From positions 1 to 62,635 of the forward strand of contig MRSU01003813.1 of the NCBI GenBank assembly GCA_008369845.1: a stretch of DNA of 62,635 nucleotides, read 5' to 3'. This DNA comes from Trichomonas gallinae. Lineage: Eukaryota. A model generated the notes under the pieces. That model saw only the letters and a list, made by a program, of their open reading frames with translations, ran no database searches and was not told where the DNA came from. Both the position numbers and the translations under genes were made by a program. Numbering within the stretch: the stretch's first letter is position 1; each line of letters starts with the position of its first letter. This document shows, in pieces, positions 12,001 through 19,446 of this stretch.

Positions 12001-15000
12001 GGTGTTGGTTCGTTTCTCATCAACTGATTCAATCTGTCAACCAGCTTGTTTAAGTTTCTGTTCTCTTCTCTACTAGCCGTCAAATCGCCGTTGAGTTTTC
12101 CAATTGTTAATTCTTGGTCTTTGACAATATTCTTAAGGCTATCGACATCAAGATTATCATTATCTAGATCAATACCGATGTCACGTGTGCGTAAATTAGA
12201 TAATGGGTTGTAGTTAAGGAGAACATCTGAGAGTTTGTTGAATAATGAATGACTGCTGCTGTTGACTTTTTCATATAGTTCATCATTGACTTCTGTGTCG
12301 TCGTTAATGATTGGTTGTGATATTGTAGAAGATGGTAGAATAACTTGCTTGTTATGATTGTTGAGTTGTTTGACGTATGAATCGTTTTCGAATTGTTTGT
12401 TGCGGATCTTTTCATTAAGAATGTCTTGGTCATCATCTTCATCATCAGATAAAACTACACAAGCTGACTTAGATATATGAGCGATGTCTATGTCATACTT
12501 GAAGACAGGTGGTGTGAGTTTGATTCCGTTTGACTTAGCGAAATCGCGTAGATACTTGTTGTCTTCGTTCAGAGCATTGAGCTTGTTCTCTAATGCAACA
12601 TTTTCTATTACTTCATCGATTCCGTTCCTGTCTTTGACGTTGAATGCGATTATTGTATCTTCGAGGAGTTTGTTGAACTTCTTGTGATCTTTGTCGTCCT
12701 TTTCGACGAGTGCTTTAGGTGGAATGCAGATCCTCTTTGTAAAGTGATGATGCTTGTTGTTGCCAACTAAGATGGAGTTGCTTCTCCTCTTAGATCTGTC
12801 GTCTTCTCTCATTTGTTTCTTGAGGTCATCTATTTCCTTGTCTTTTTGTTTGAGCTGGTTCTGGAGGTCTTCGATCTGTGTATCCTTGTCTTTGAGCTCT
12901 TGAATCATATCGTTGACGTTTTCTGCCAATAATTCGATATTAGACTGGCCATCCTTCGGTTTGGTTCCAATCTTGTTGTTAAGGGCATTGATTATCTCGT
13001 CCTTCTTTTCATTATCATCGTTGTCCGGGAATAAGAAGTCTTCGGAGAATGTTCTTGATCTTGGAGACACAATCGGGCTTCTTTCTGGATCTCTTAGGAT
13101 TCCCTTGAGCTCCTTATGTGCCTCTTCAAGATTGTTGAGCTTAAATGTTGTCTGGAAGTTTTGTTTGTCCAAATCATTTAATTTCTCTTTAAGTTTCTGG
13201 ACATTCTTGGTTAAATCCCTGTTTTCTTCTTTTAGTGTCTTAATCTTTTCTTCCTTCTTGTCTAATCTTGAATCCAATAGATCATTCTTAGTCTTAAGAT
13301 TAATATTTTCAAGATTAAGCTGCATTAATTGGTCTTTGAGGCTCTGGACTTGCCTATCATAGTCTGTATTTCTAGAAAAGTCGCCACTTACTTCTCTAGT
13401 GTTGTAAAGTCCAGTTTCGAGATTATAAAGTTTATCTTTAAGCTCTTTGACCTGTGATTTCGCGTTATTTGCATCATTTTCTGCAGTAATCTGCTTATGC
13501 TTTAATTCTATGAGCTCCTTTTCAAGCTCTGTGTTTCTATTTTTGAATAATGTATTATCAGTTTCAAGTTTGATGTTTTGCGCTTTAACTAAGTTACCTT
13601 CGCTTTCCAATATAGCCAATCTGCTCTTTAATTCGAATACTTGTCTCTCAAATTCATTTGCTCTCTTCTTATTTTCTTTATTCTTCTCTTTGAGGTCATT
13701 TACCTTTTCTTTATTGGCCTCGTTTTGGTATTTGAGAGCAGCGATGTCTGAACTGCTGACAGGGAAGTCGTCGAGGTTCTGTTGCGGTTTATTAAGCTTA
13801 GATTGCAGATCAGCACCTAATTTCTCGTAAATGTCGTTCTTTGCCTTGAACTCTGCTCTTTCCCTTTCAATTGTATTCATCTTTGTGCGTAAATCGACGT
13901 TTTGCTTATGTAAATCGGAATTCTTATCTTCAAGATCCGTTACTCTGTTATTAAGAGCACTTTGAATGGCCTCGTGCTGGTTCTTAAGCATCTTATCGCC
14001 CTCGATAACTAAATCCTTTTCTATCTGTAAGCGATTGAGCTCAGTGTTGAGATTTTGTATTTTCTCGTCTTTTACTTTAACATCAGCGCGTAATGTGTTA
14101 ATTTCCGTGTCAAGGGTTTGTAATTTGGTCATCAATTCCTTCTTTTCCTCATAACTGTTTGCATTTGAATTTTGATCTTCGAATTCGTTGCGTAATTTCT
14201 CTAATTCGTCCAATTTCTGTTGGGCATCATCGCGAGATTGTTTGTGGAAATCGATTTCTTGCTTCTTTAATTCTTCTTCTTGTTTCTTCATTAATCCATT
14301 TTGTAATTTAGCTTGATCAATGGCTCTATTCGCCTCATTGATCTTCTTTTGGAATTCCTTGGTGATTATTCTCAGTCTGAGAGGTAAATTCTCAGGATTT
14401 GTGTCTGATTCGTAATCTTTAATTTCAAGAAGATGTTCGAGGTTTTGTGCCTTATCAATTGACTGTTCTATGATATTTAAGTATAATATCGCCTGATTTT
14501 GCGAATCTGTTAATGCTTTATTAACTTCAGTATTATCGCCTACAATAATATCGGCTGCTGGCAAATCTTTGTTAGTACTTTCGAGCACATCTTCCAGAAA
14601 TTCGTGTAATGGTATTTCATTATGATCGTAGCGTTCTTTTTCCTTCTGTATTTGTCTGTTATTTGTATTATTAGCGAATTTTTCGAGTATTTTCTTGATT
14701 TGCGACAATTCATTGCTTTCACTGTCCGAATTGGTGTCTTTCCTGTGTAATTCTCGTCTTAGTTGTTCATTTTCGTCGGTGTAATTATCAATTTCATCGC
14801 GCAATTGGTCCAAATTGCGACTGAAATGGGGTACATTCGAGTCATTGTTTCCGGTTTTAAGATTTACGATTGATTTTCCGAGATTGCGCAATGGCTCAAA
14901 TTTAATTTCTGACACAAATGAATCCCATTGATTTTGTGGGTATTCATCTTCGACGATTTGTTGTAATACTTGTATTGGTTCGACTAATGACGCGTTTAAT

Positions 15001-15119
15001 TGATTATGTAGATTTAATGCATTCATAGCAGAGCGTGAACTATTCTGGCCGCGAGTTACCTTCATGTCGCGGGTCCGCTGCAGTCCACTCCCACCTGTGC
15101 TAGGAGCATTGTTCTGCAT
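1..15119 (-). CDS. Giant repetitive coiled-coil protein (>5,039 aa, 3' end beyond the window); probable cytoskeletal filament/scaffold of the kind annotated 'viral A-type inclusion protein' in T. vaginalis
   Basis: ATG at 15119 (MQNNAPSTGGSGLQRTRDMK...). The frame I translated at the start, at more than 25 internal motif positions and at the left edge (...EYTTLDELKALVAQLEEAN) is the same frame. The ORF track lists no ORF in this frame, as expected if there is no stop before the window edge. The protein is E/K/L/D/N-rich with heptad segments and recurrent modules (SERSIDDEKKLNE, xQADFHDF, DDHYDLREKNAQLQ, ENxxLKSKLRRP). Confidence 0.92.
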   Translation of the reverse strand, partial: MQNNAPSTGGSGLQRTRDMKVTRGQNSSRSAMNALNLHNQLNASLVEPIQVLQQIVEDEYPQNQWDSFVSEIKFEPLRNLGKSIVNLKTGNNDSNVPHFSRNLDQLRDEIDNYTDENEQLRRELHRKDTNSDSESNELSQIKKILEKFANNTNNRQIQKEKERYDHNEIPLHEFLEDVLESTNKDLPAADIIVGDNTEVNKALTDSQNQAILYLNIIEQSIDKAQNLEHLLEIKDYESDTNPENLPLRLRIITKEFQKKINEANRAIDQAKLQNGLMKKQEEELKKQEIDFHKQSRDDAQQKLDELEKLRNEFEDQNSNANSYEEKKELMTKLQTLDTEINTLRADVKVKDEKIQNLNTELNRLQIEKDLVIEGDKMLKNQHEAIQSALNNRVTDLEDKNSDLHKQNVDLRTKMNTIERERAEFKAKNDIYEKLGADLQSKLNKPQQNLDDFPVSSSDIAALKYQNEANKEKVNDLKEKNKENKKRANEFERQVFELKSRLAILESEGNLVKAQNIKLETDNTLFKNRNTELEKELIELKHKQITAENDANNAKSQVKELKDKLYNLETGLYNTREVSGDFSRNTDYDRQVQSLKDQLMQLNLENINLKTKNDLLDSRLDKKEEKIKTLKEENRDLTKNVQKLKEKLNDLDKQNFQTTFKLNNLEEAHKELKGILRDPERSPIVSPRSRTFSEDFLFPDNDDNEKKDEIINALNNKIGTKPKDGQSNIELLAENVNDMIQELKDKDTQIEDLQNQLKQKDKEIDDLKKQMREDDRSKRRSNSILVGNNKHHHFTKRICIPPKALVEKDDKDHKKFNKLLEDTIIAFNVKDRNGIDEVIENVALENKLNALNEDNKYLRDFAKSNGIKLTPPVFKYDIDIAHISKSACVVLSDDEDDDQDILNEKIRNKQFENDSYVKQLNNHNKQVILPSSTISQPIINDDTEVNDELYEKVNSSSHSLFNKLSDVLLNYNPLSNLRTRDIGIDLDNDNLDVDSLKNIVKDQELTIGKLNGDLTASREENRNLNKLVDRLNQLMRNEPTPENKITSLESKVRNMVRSLNNSKLDQFTQANFHDFVKSDHQSEDIFANIGREIDLSELQANENDDHLDIHEKNAQLKELINQNKSSSNSEDEENKDEDEITNLVEAKSKLVSLLAENSELKSNLRRPKVSRSRSNTVKIYNFENSAESEEVTEKPHDLHAEEKNDSDYYSDDAVIDTDNMTLKDLQAEIRNLRKENEDLKASSQRSIDEEKKINQQLHTELRNLLENQDYDDYYEGQTIDIDEIKNYIGGLKDQINFMKSDLDKLTTANNNKDRELSKKDKEIRNLKSNVQKQSTSKTEASTQADFHDFLPSDFMSDETEDDVDFFNQNDLDLSDFKLSDDDDNYALREKNAQLQKLLEQAKAKKSPSSSESSDSDLIDDEEETPFEPIADIDEAKAALENLRNENKELKSKLKRPSDDLNSLDEQEEEENVDDMTIDEINAEIRALHRENEKLKETSERSIEDEKKLNEKLQNQLRELLASQPQQQQHQEKSEPANVNDLKNKVLALKDQVRLLKADLDKQSAAIKEKDDEIEELSKLKSVKNMGGSINHDKYTQADIHDFISFESDASESDTTHIFVPSHINLNDLAATNDDDHYGVLEKNVQLQALLKDISRNSSSDSDSEQPDEEDVDDMIEAKTIYSNLLNTNNELKSMLRGPKQRTRKLKRLSRIAHPKKPKNIKYSPSDQSIDFETNTYMTSDAGSFDSSFGDYSSDDEKDVDNMTLNELQNEIRLMRLENEELKNAAKRSLDDEKKRNDNLQNQLRKVLVSKYQSPLVAFESTPSINADDLKEQAKLLKFDLEKQRNVINKLEAENNKLKSMLGAQAADKHEKTAQVDFHEIMGSRRSALASPRSVTLDDLAELKAAENDDHYDLREKNAQLQKLIKDNNVVASSDSDYEEEIDDVNDIDEARSMLANLLAENSKLKSSVRRPTHTRSFHSSRSLQSLKSRSRSAGNSLNGATDVMGSLRGGQRKEDQSYNYYEEDYYYYSEVDEDESYYPVQIDTNLTLDDLKSKIRALQHENGELKAVSERSIDDEKKLNEKLHSKLSKILESQPQQQDFDEPEVINEDVLPYKDQIALLKSDLDKQAVGLQAKDEEINNLKNQLSHSVLIEDNKSEKSAQADFHDFLTSGTSESEDDGIFVARDIDLSSFKASEDDDHHDLREKNAKLQQLLKSKKSNASQTKPEPFTNIYEAKSVLANLRSENNELKSKLRRPSYSNESSSSEESAPNVEDMTLEEIQAEIAALREQNEDMKATSERSFEDEKKLNEDLHNELSKLLDSQSQQEESEPAKIEGLKEKVKALKDQIKILKSDLKKQSNAIKEKDDNNNELENEIKKLKEMLQSQDSTKADHMAQANIYDFLESDSLEIIPQLNMSEFAASENDDQNDVRDKNAQLLKLIRESLPTYALDYKNQDAESITDVDEAKDILENLLAENKQLKSKVRRPDSPEQINDDEKPVNVDEMTLEDIKDKIDSLRIENSDLKSTSERSLHDEKKLNENLQNKLREIMAAKQEEEDQALQTLIDGLKNKVSSLKEQNRLLKSDLEKQGEALDAQEKGISNLRDIVQKDSLSDALIQVDFHELLQSDDDFLEKAQQLNLSDYKAADDDNSYDIRQKNAQLQELLKEGLNEESEDDGEPPTTSFEDAKELIKKLRHENAQLKAKLRRPKHQHPHEGYRLAKRPNKIPFIFTEEQLNSQNRSKELIKELPDTVSYSEFSDEELSLPGHISSIDYEKTHPRPARPSTHDDDEYYSYSASDNDYNDNDDEDYESAEIPKEKSLDDLQAELKQLRRENNELKAAAERTIDDEKKLNAELHEKLRQLMDEKQKEAEARQQESNEQLKKHLDELKDQNKLLRAEMEQMNKAVAEDAVNTMKKMKNEIKDLKGTISGLSPTKHDSVDQAIQTDLHDLISLLLPEKQEEDEFLVKTRDIDLNKLLADDNDDHADIREKNAQLEELLKQAVGSDETNETDEAPITDIDDAKARLTNLIKENLALKSKLRPKTQSSRRSSATKPHNESDNDYYYSSTDESEIDLDDKSLEELQEEIKTLEHENKDLRATAGRSFEDEKKRNNELHDALKQIIEEKQKAAENPKDQTPEQLLHQLENAKDLNKLLRSQLDQKSQSADAEHKQLSDLNAKINDKDREISKLKSAIERLSPSKAEDFAQTDVNELMKSDSDYGNIFSRNFDLSNFEADSDDDHYDLREKNAKLQQLLKEVKKQPEPNANDKDDDVDSLNDIEEAKSKLAKLHADNDKLRSKLNRPRKTKVRKSKQKKSENPESQENSSLKAADDESSQEDYYFSSYYYYYSNEEEPPKTSPNLDNLTLDDIKSEIRALQRENGELKAASERSFDDEKKLNEDLQNQLRELRKSRGQEKEEPLPDNVDELKKKVLALKDQVKLLKSVLDRQRNTLDNLNKENNQLRSLIAPEADNLQSMTPDDLAKLQLIQLQKENQDLKSMIHPPQKKKKHHNHRNSTSLLSSESSEFPEDEEPRLKIGKIKSPSAMQFASASIPDESTDKPDRVKFDKSNLINSSQFQEQSADFSNEPNLPLGGRIKREIITSKGLLRIQNTSSGESVSINSSDDEDLMERMHNMNFAELQQELKNLRQSNTDFKTLAVEKSQEQFLLTPKIQKENEKLKQRVAKLEQKLPALESVSDGEKYSSYSYYYYDDDSTEKLPTKKVTVQSPHVLPTRKDISNYNDELIEQLRKEIVKKSKSNPNEDKSVLFDKLDEFQEANNALRKSKDADEQKMKLNEDIRSEIRMLDSGYDDPKHANDKLKAEIAKKDNQISEYEKELQNLRNELNFMRSQQSVAKRNVPVQTEREFDVQTLQKASALGVNPNDDDKVVESKNDQLKNLLHQYVEDMVFDENIDETVEDAKLKLLLMALENERLLESSPKDEVRKLKDAKRGKLAQDESQPETELDKWSVASRASNSTFDSGESVSINDSDVVHSDDELGYVSPLTLEYRCNNMSLEQIEDEIKSAEQLNKDLKHIAENEPADPRGDNSRLQKQIAKLVESRNPPDSSLPLGENSPIRPENARPYSQRHSPEGRPRRVHDIEVQTELFELIQNEQAQTEAITTDLVADEADDEATLRAKNAKLESVLRELALKTQPLSSDKHSESSAQTDSDAQVKTGQEPCDDELAVAKKQLEQLQKDYFRLLEQHKNSKQEDESVAEKSVQTESIAAEKAEHPSESATEIKEQPEQIEIETEEIVPVSSSKEEDNVNNEDKESDEVPASKDENEIEPVTSTNEEENDKKSSSSSSDSEHQSEKADKNDGENNEPVKVAERDVNVDENPEITELLSNANPDEMSLEDLKALVAKLEEENKKLESNYSLQLSMEREHNKELQDQINELLEKQKDNQPYSILDQRNDIENLRILYRDKCSENSLLLGYNSQKTNEIERLNLSIKELKRTNFDMEEKVANFEYELNNMKKRTKDVPVQTDAIESIKSLLPTSPQPAQSLPADNQTVSELKHQQPDVSEPPKPIEINISPSIAAASNDDQETLHKKNMELQALILKHQGLLDLAEENKPNESDDEIAAAKKQLDALQKENFRLVALMHNQSKNKYKAKQISAAQNDSELNRTNDSSFDSSEFSDVEQHINDDLPAMSHIPDHLTLEELQREIEVLRNENENLEKTTTLSLEDERSLNEYLQNQLQTVLAEKQQQDAKADNKENVNNVPSEQAPADLIQPLSDKVAENLQLATDNKQLQEEISRLSSLNEQLQHENDELKSAMKFNEQLLSELKPILDGQEQPEKGVSDVPTQTELFALISTMEPQILIQTRELAADENDDEPTLREKNAKLEAVLRELTAQQNNADISAAEFSESETQTKDDDEELHNELAVAKKQLEQLQKDYFRLLAAQEESSKKEKPEVVDEETSLESHEETPTTDEVAVSNPEKVANEIAAVSSKHDESSGFSSGDSIGSDSDDADNTANNDNNKPVKNDNDNKPYNETEKVEERDVKIEASPEVAEIINKANSEYTTLDELKALVAQLEEAN
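427..479. repeat. 53-bp exact repeat inside the giant ORF (second copy 2530-2582)
   Basis: cggaagtagtccttctggagctgttcaagttgcttcttcgcaactgcaagctc is identical at both positions, 2103 nt (701 codons) apart; it encodes ELAVAKKQLEQLQKDYFR. Confidence 0.95.
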
Positions 15120-15536
15120 AATTTTATTTTACACTAAAATTTTATAAAAAAAATATTTTGAATGCTAACTGAAAAATAAAGTTTTATTTTGTTTTCATTG
15201 GCCATTTTATGTCACAGGCATGAATATAACTGAAGAAAACGAAAATCGTTATGATTCTTGTCAAAAATAGGCTATTTTTGCCCAAGAATGCTCCTACATA
15301 CTCCTTATGATGCAATTAGTTTATTTATCTATTTAATTTGTCGATATTTCTACCACATAAATTAATAAGCGTTAATCGATTTCAAAAACACATTAGATCA
15401 AAGTTATAGCTCAAGATTTATGATTTTTATCTCTTATATGTTATTATATTTGATTACCGAATGTTGAACAATAAATAAATTTTTATGAAAAAATATTATA
15501 AAAAGGAATGATTTAAAAAACAACAATACAATGTAT

Positions 15537-16289
15537 TTATATCCTGTCATTTTGCTGCTCAATGGCAATTAAAGTGTCGCACATCAAAGCAACGGCTCGA
15601 ACAATATCATTTCGCTCATCCGGTCCACTTTGTATTGCAAAGCCAAGTGGACGAAGTAAATTGGATATTTTCCTCTTGATAGAAGGTTCCTTGAAGTTTA
15701 ATGTTTCTTCGAATTCAAAAGTTGGTTGTTTTGGCTCATTTTCAACGGCAACACCTTTCGCAATAAAGTCTGATGCTTTGGCATTGACACCAAACTGATC
15801 AGCTAAATATTGAAAATCATGTAAGCTTGGTGGTGGATATTGGACAATCCAACCGCTTTCAATCAAAAATTGAGCCACTGGTGGATATGCCTCAACGAGC
15901 AATCTTTCTTTATTTGAAACAGGAGTTCCGTTAATTCGTGATAATCTTGGTCCGATGCAAAGAAGAGCAGCTAATCTGTAGTTTTCCTGTTTGGAAAGTG
16001 GTGTGTTGTTGAAAGAAATCTTAGAAAGCCTTGGTTGAGAAGATAAACCTGCGAATGTCGATAAATGAGAATTGTCTGCGTTGATTTCTGTCATTTGTGG
16101 CTGTGGCTGAAGCGTGTGAAGAGATGTGACTGCAGAATTTTCGATATTTAAAACTTTTAATGATTTTTGAGTTCCAAGCGGCCTAAAGTCGGTGAATTCG
16201 ACGTTATTCCAATTAAGAACTCCAGTCATTGCGAGCTCTCGACGACGGATCGTCAAAGCTTGCTGAATCGAAGAAGCACTAGATTTCAT
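15537..16289 (-). CDS. Leucine-rich repeat protein (SDS22/U2A'-like LRRs with LRR cap)
   Basis: 250-aa ORF with LxxLxIxxSxVxSL-type repeats (SLKVLNIENSAVTSL, RLSKISFNNTPL) and an LRRcap-like YRLAALLCIGPRLSRING segment. Confidence 0.8.
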   Translation of the reverse strand: MKSSASSIQQALTIRRRELAMTGVLNWNNVEFTDFRPLGTQKSLKVLNIENSAVTSLHTLQPQPQMTEINADNSHLSTFAGLSSQPRLSKISFNNTPLSKQENYRLAALLCIGPRLSRINGTPVSNKERLLVEAYPPVAQFLIESGWIVQYPPPSLHDFQYLADQFGVNAKASDFIAKGVAVENEPKQPTFEFEETLNFKEPSIKRKISNLLRPLGFAIQSGPDERNDIVRAVALMCDTLIAIEQQNDRI

Positions 16290-16675
16290 TGGACGTTAAA
16301 AAATTTATTTTTATCATTCTCTGGATAAATACTCAACTGATAACAAATAAGCTAATTAACAAAAAGAAAATTCGAAAATTTAATGATATTCAAAGAATTT
16401 TTAAAATCAATCTAAATAATTGGAAAATCAAGATCCATATTATAATATCATGTTAATTATCAAATATAATTTTTAATCACTAATTTAATTTTCCCAAAAA
16501 TCATAGGAATAAGCTAAATTTTTGAATAATCAAAAATATTATTATTATTTTTTGACTTTTTTTTAGATTACAGCAAATCACTTATTGTAAAGTTCCATTA
16601 ATTACATCTCCTGATATATAAACAAATTCATTAATAAATTTCAAGTTTTATTGACAACATAATACAATATAATTT

Positions 16676-18859
16676 CTAATTAGCTGGTTCCTTTCTGATA
16701 TTGATGAGTGTTTCAAGGGTAACAACATTTTCACTATCTAACTCACCAAGGAAGCTCTTAAACTCTTCTCCATAGTTAACAACTGCTGCTGCAACAATAT
16801 CGAGAACGTCTCTCCTTAAATCTTCAATTTCCAATGATGCAATCATCTGCAATTTAAGTGATTCCATGGATGCTACAACCTCCTCCTTCTGTGCTTTACC
16901 AATGAAACCTGTGAATGCAAAGAAGCATCCGTGTGTTGGAGAAATGATGTCAACAAAAGCACTGATAATAGATGGATTAGTTTCGCAAATTTCCTTCAAA
17001 ACACTTCCAGCATAAGAGGCAACGGACTCAGACTCTTCTGTGCACAAAACAAGGAGTGGGATGAACTCACTGTTGAATGTTTTGCTTTCTTTGATGATTG
17101 TAATAAGCATTGTCTGCGTTTCTTCATTTGCCATTGCTTCCTGAAGCATATCAATGTCAACAGGGCGGCCAGCTTTAGCGTTAACGAGCTCTTTATGGAG
17201 CATCTTCATGATTGCACTTGACTCCGGATCCTTGAACAAGGCATCAAGCTCAGGAATCTTTGTGCCAACATCAGCAAGAATGGAAATTCTCTGTTCTTCA
17301 TTTATTGCCAATAAAACTCTAACTGCTGTTTTACGACTGATTTTGTCGATTTTAGCAATTGCGTCAACAACGAGACTGACATTCTGCGAATAAAGATCGC
17401 GCTTAATTGTGCCCAAGACTGCTCTAGTTAGCTCAGCCAAGTCATCTGAGTTAATGACTTTCTCCAATATCATTGTGAAGGCCCATGGTAACTCTGATGC
17501 GTAAAGTAGTCCCATAATTCCTTTCTCGCCGTAAGTTGTCGACAAAACAGAAATGATTGATTTACCGACCTGCTCATCTTCCGAGAGATAGCGGAGGATG
17601 TCGATGACATATGGGCTTAAGTATGTCGGGCAAAGGCTGCAGAGCTGCGTGACAATTTTGACAGACATCTTCGATGATTTTTGCATCTCGCCGATGAGAA
17701 TGTCCATGACTGGCGGAAGGAAGCCGAATAAGTCAGGAGATTCTTTCTCGATGTAGCTGCTGAGAACTTCTGCGTCGTTCTTGGCAATGACTTCTTCGAT
17801 GGCTTGCTTCTGTTCTTCTGTGATTTCGTGTTCTTCGTAAGGTTCTGGGTCAGGAATAAAGTCGTCGTTTTCTGCTGCTGCTTTCTTCATCGGAGTCTTG
17901 CCGTCATCTTCACGTGCAGCTCTGGCTGCCTTCTTTCCGTGTGTAGAAACAGGCCTGAGTGGAGTGAGTCCTGTATCTTCTCTGAGTGGAGTTTTGCCTG
18001 CAAATGCACATCTTGGAATTTTTGATGGTGTAATTCCGTTGTCTTTGGCTGGTGTTTGTGATGGAATGCTGCTCTTCTTTGACTTATTAGAATCAGTGAG
18101 TTTCTGCTTGATTGGGATCTTAGATGCAGTTGATTTTGCAGAAACAGCAGAAATAGAGTCATCATTAGCAAATTCAGCAGCCAAACTACGGATTTTTGCG
18201 GACTTATCTGATTTAGCACTGTTAATGTATGTTTGGAAGCATCCAGCATAAGATTCTGGCCAAGTTGAGAAAGTTGCAATCATTGCTTGTAATGTTGTAA
18301 AGCGTACGTCTTCACTTGCGCTGCTGATGTTGCTTTCGAGTGCTGCTTTTGTAGTCTTTCCGTAAACATATTTAACGAAATTAATTACTGTAAATCTAGC
18401 TGTGTGAGCGATAAAAGCTGTACCATTGTTTGTTTTATCGAGTAATTGCGGGATTAATAAGAAGCTGCACTGATCAAGACGATGTCCGAGTGATTTCGCG
18501 ATAGAAACTAAAGCAATGCATGTTCCTTTCATTAATGTTGATCTAGCATCAAGAAGACATTCTGTAAATGCTGGAACAATTGCTCTAAATTCAGTTGCTG
18601 CCTTTTTAGGATCATCAGTTCCTTTGCAAAGGGAAGCAATGCGAGTTACTGTTTGAAGTCTTTTTTCCCAATCTGCTTTACGATTCAATTTCGTTTCAAA
18701 CTGCCTGAAAGATACAATTCCATCATCTGGAATTATATCTTCACCAGCAAGATCAAATTCAACTTCAAGATTCGAGATAATATCTTCTGTTGACATCTCT
18801 GATGGAGCTGCTGATGCCCCTGTAGTACTTGAAATACTTTTTCTACCAGATCTGTGCAT
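16676..18859 (-). CDS. CLASP-like microtubule-associated protein (N-terminal TOG/CLASP_N HEAT domain, SxIP linker, C-terminal helical domain)
   Basis: 727 aa. DWEKR...LLDARSTLMKGTC matches the CLASP_N/TOG pattern (DW.KR...DLRS.VVK.AC). A basic S/T/P-rich linker carries SKIP, SSIP and SKIP. Confidence 0.8.
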   Translation of the reverse strand: MHRSGRKSISSTTGASAAPSEMSTEDIISNLEVEFDLAGEDIIPDDGIVSFRQFETKLNRKADWEKRLQTVTRIASLCKGTDDPKKAATEFRAIVPAFTECLLDARSTLMKGTCIALVSIAKSLGHRLDQCSFLLIPQLLDKTNNGTAFIAHTARFTVINFVKYVYGKTTKAALESNISSASEDVRFTTLQAMIATFSTWPESYAGCFQTYINSAKSDKSAKIRSLAAEFANDDSISAVSAKSTASKIPIKQKLTDSNKSKKSSIPSQTPAKDNGITPSKIPRCAFAGKTPLREDTGLTPLRPVSTHGKKAARAAREDDGKTPMKKAAAENDDFIPDPEPYEEHEITEEQKQAIEEVIAKNDAEVLSSYIEKESPDLFGFLPPVMDILIGEMQKSSKMSVKIVTQLCSLCPTYLSPYVIDILRYLSEDEQVGKSIISVLSTTYGEKGIMGLLYASELPWAFTMILEKVINSDDLAELTRAVLGTIKRDLYSQNVSLVVDAIAKIDKISRKTAVRVLLAINEEQRISILADVGTKIPELDALFKDPESSAIMKMLHKELVNAKAGRPVDIDMLQEAMANEETQTMLITIIKESKTFNSEFIPLLVLCTEESESVASYAGSVLKEICETNPSIISAFVDIISPTHGCFFAFTGFIGKAQKEEVVASMESLKLQMIASLEIEDLRRDVLDIVAAAVVNYGEEFKSFLGELDSENVVTLETLINIRKEPAN

Positions 18860-19023
18860 GAGATCAAATTTTTAACCAAAAATTTATGCGAAACAACTTA
18901 AATTCACATATTAGAGCATTTGTTTGATTTAAATATGAATTATAAAAATGTGCACGTTTAGAATTTTGGATTTTGAAAAGTGACAAAATCCAAAATAATC
19001 AAAAAATGATTTTAGTCGTCATC

Positions 19024-19355
19024 TGCAATGGACATAGTTCAATACTCAATGAGCAATGAATGAATTCATAATTAAACCATTCCATTATTAATAATAAATT
19101 ACATCCATTTATTTTTCTCGTTTGTGTAAGTTGTAAAATGTAAATAGTTCCACACTCGATGAGCAATGAATAAATATATAGTCAAATTATTCCATTGTTA
19201 ATCAGAATTCCTTCTTATAATTGCTCTCATCTATGTCAGCTGTAAAATGTATATAATTCAGCACTCAATGATTAATGAATATATTCATATTCAAATCATG
19301 CAGTTACCAATATTTTATCAAAAGATATTTTTTCGCATTAATGCTTATTGTAAAA
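19024..19355. repeat. Degenerate ~110-bp tandem repeat, about 3 copies, intergenic
   Basis: ctc(a/g)atga(gc/tt)aatgaat starts at 19045, 19155 and 19264, and flanking blocks (tgtaaaa, ttccatt) recur in register. Confidence 0.85.
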
Positions 19356-19446
19356 GATATGGACTAAATAATTTCGATGAAAATTTTATAAAATACAAAT
19401 ATAAATACATATAAAACAAACAATAAAATATTATATTATCAAAATT

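Noticed and set aside
70..14722. Dozens of 60-200-aa ORFs on both strands in the track
   Set aside because: They are off-frame or antisense shadows of the giant minus-strand ORF, with Ser/Leu/Phe-rich or Met/Thr/Arg-rich compositional artefacts.
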